From Chiloscyllium plagiosum (Eukaryota): a stretch of 35,640 nt of DNA. Made by a program: the position numbers and the translations under genes. The stretch is from positions 47,241,245-47,276,884 of the forward strand of contig NC_057718.1 in NCBI RefSeq assembly GCF_004010195.1, written 5' to 3'. Shown here in pieces: positions 34,400 through 35,640 of the stretch (positions are counted from its first letter, which is position 1; each line of letters opens with the position of its first letter). The notes below the pieces were generated by a model that was not told the DNA's origin, searched no databases, and saw nothing but the letters and a program-made list of their open reading frames with translations.

Positions 34400-34975
34400 T
34401 CACAGACATTTCCTTGCTCATACCAGTATGATGGATGACAAGTATTCCATTTACCTTGAATGTAGCTGCAACAACTCTCAAGCTGCTTAACATCATCCAG
34501 TTCACAGCATGATGATTGATCGACATTTCATCCGTCAACTTAAGCATTCGCTCTCTCTGCCTCAAATACATTAGAATGGCACGGTGGCTCAGTGGCTAGC
34601 ACTGCTGCCTCACAGTACCAGGGTCCCAGGTTTGATTCTGGCCTTGGGCGACTGTCTGTGTGGAGTTTGCCCCTTCTCCCTGTATCTGCATGGGTTTCCT
34701 CTGGGTGCTCTGGTTTCCTCCCACAATCCAAAGATGTGCAGGTCAGGTGAATTGGCCATGCTATAATTGCCCGTAGTGTTAGGTGCATTAGTCCGAGGAA
34801 AAGGAGTCTGGGTGGGTCAATCTTTGGAGGATTGGTGTGGACCTGTTGGGCTGAAAGGCCTGTTTCCATACTGTAGGGAAACTAGTCTAATCATTGCAGC
34901 AGTAGATATATGAACTAGTAAATCTATTGCAGCACTGCAGTAACCAAGTCTCCTTGGACAGCACTTCCTAAAACC
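34400..34975 (+). mobile_element. Ancient CR1/L2-clade LINE fragment interrupted by the HE1 SINE
   Basis: GCTGCAACAACTCTCAAGCTGCTTAACATCATCCAG before the SINE continues as GCACTGCAGTAACCAAGTCTCCTTGGACAGCACTTCC after it. Confidence 0.5.
34578..34892 (+). mobile_element. Full-length HE1-type tRNA-derived SINE (V-SINE family)
   Basis: Pol III box A TGGCTCAGTGG (34585-34595), box B-like GGTTTGATTCT (34629-34639), conserved core TGTGTGGAGTTTG..GGTTTCCTCCCACA, and a HER1-like tail GGCCTGTTTCCATACTGTA. Confidence 0.93.
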
Positions 34976-35560
34976 TTCTTGAACATGTTCCTTACTTTCT
35001 GTCTGATGGAGCCTTTCCTGATTATAAGAACATTGGAAAACTAAATCAATACATCGACTGGCTCATTAGCTACCTCATTTAAGACCCTGGGATGAAGTTT
35101 ATCAGGACCCAGAGACTTATCTGTCTGAAATTCCATCATTTTGCTCAGTAAGGTAAGATAAAGTTGCCAGAGGACTATAGAGATGCTCTTTCATGAGAGA
35201 GAGGAAACTGGTGGTGGTTTAACCTGAGGGTCACCACACCATAGTGAGACCAGAACCTTGAAGTGAAAACCGAGTTGTTATAATATACCACACCGCCATT
35301 CTGTAGGCTTCAACAATGTTCAGTTAGCAGGACAAATCACAAAACACTTCTACTAATTCAACAGTATTCTGTAGAAATTAGTCAACAACTTAAAATGTTG
35401 ATGATAACAGCATTGGCAGTCCTTCCTGCTGTTAGTTTATATTCTGCAATGAGAGGTTAAATGGGAATGTTGATGTTGAAATTAACACTGCTGAAATCCA
35501 ATCAACATTATGCACAGGTTGATATCACAACTAACCTTGTCCATGTCCTTCTATTGTACA

Positions 35561-35640
35561 GGAGAAAGTGAGGTCTGCAGATGCTGGAGATCAGAGATGG
35601 AAATGTGTTGCTGGAAAAGCGCAGCAGGTCAGGCAGCATC
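35561..35640 (-). mobile_element. PLE terminal fragment running off the window edge
   Basis: GAGGTCTGCAGATGCTGGAGATCAGAG..GCTGGAAAAGCGCAGCAGGTCAGGCAGCATC, homologous to 840-880. Confidence 0.7.

Noticed and set aside
34578..34650. tRNA gene
   Set aside because: The A and B boxes belong to the head of an HE1 SINE; there is no complete cloverleaf.

Overview
Vertebrate genomic DNA, almost certainly from a shark: it carries HE1-type SINEs and HER1/CR1-type LINEs characteristic of elasmobranchs. Only one host coding exon is supportable, the terminal exon of the bZIP transcription factor gene BATF3 (16810-17022, +). Everything 5' of it is read as one long intron (I found no basic-region exon in the window) and everything 3' as 3' UTR and intergenic DNA. 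The rest is mainly layered transposon relics: many CR1 LINEs, including a near full-length young copy with a zinc-finger + SGNH-esterase ORF1; a decayed two-LTR Gmr1-like Gypsy element with integrase upstream of RT; a nested solo LTR; Penelope-like element ends with degenerate minimal hammerhead ribozyme motifs; PIF/Harbinger transposase and Myb-like relics; a pogo/Tigger-type MITE; and HE1 SINEs. I cannot support a wholly new biological system. The best leads are the hammerhead motifs, the Gmr1-like element (two zinc knuckles, LTR-specific insertions), a possible frameshift extension of the BATF3 C-terminus, a possible LTR-supplied polyA signal, and several candidate enhancers. All homology calls are by eye from recalled family motifs, and boundaries of old repeats are approximate.
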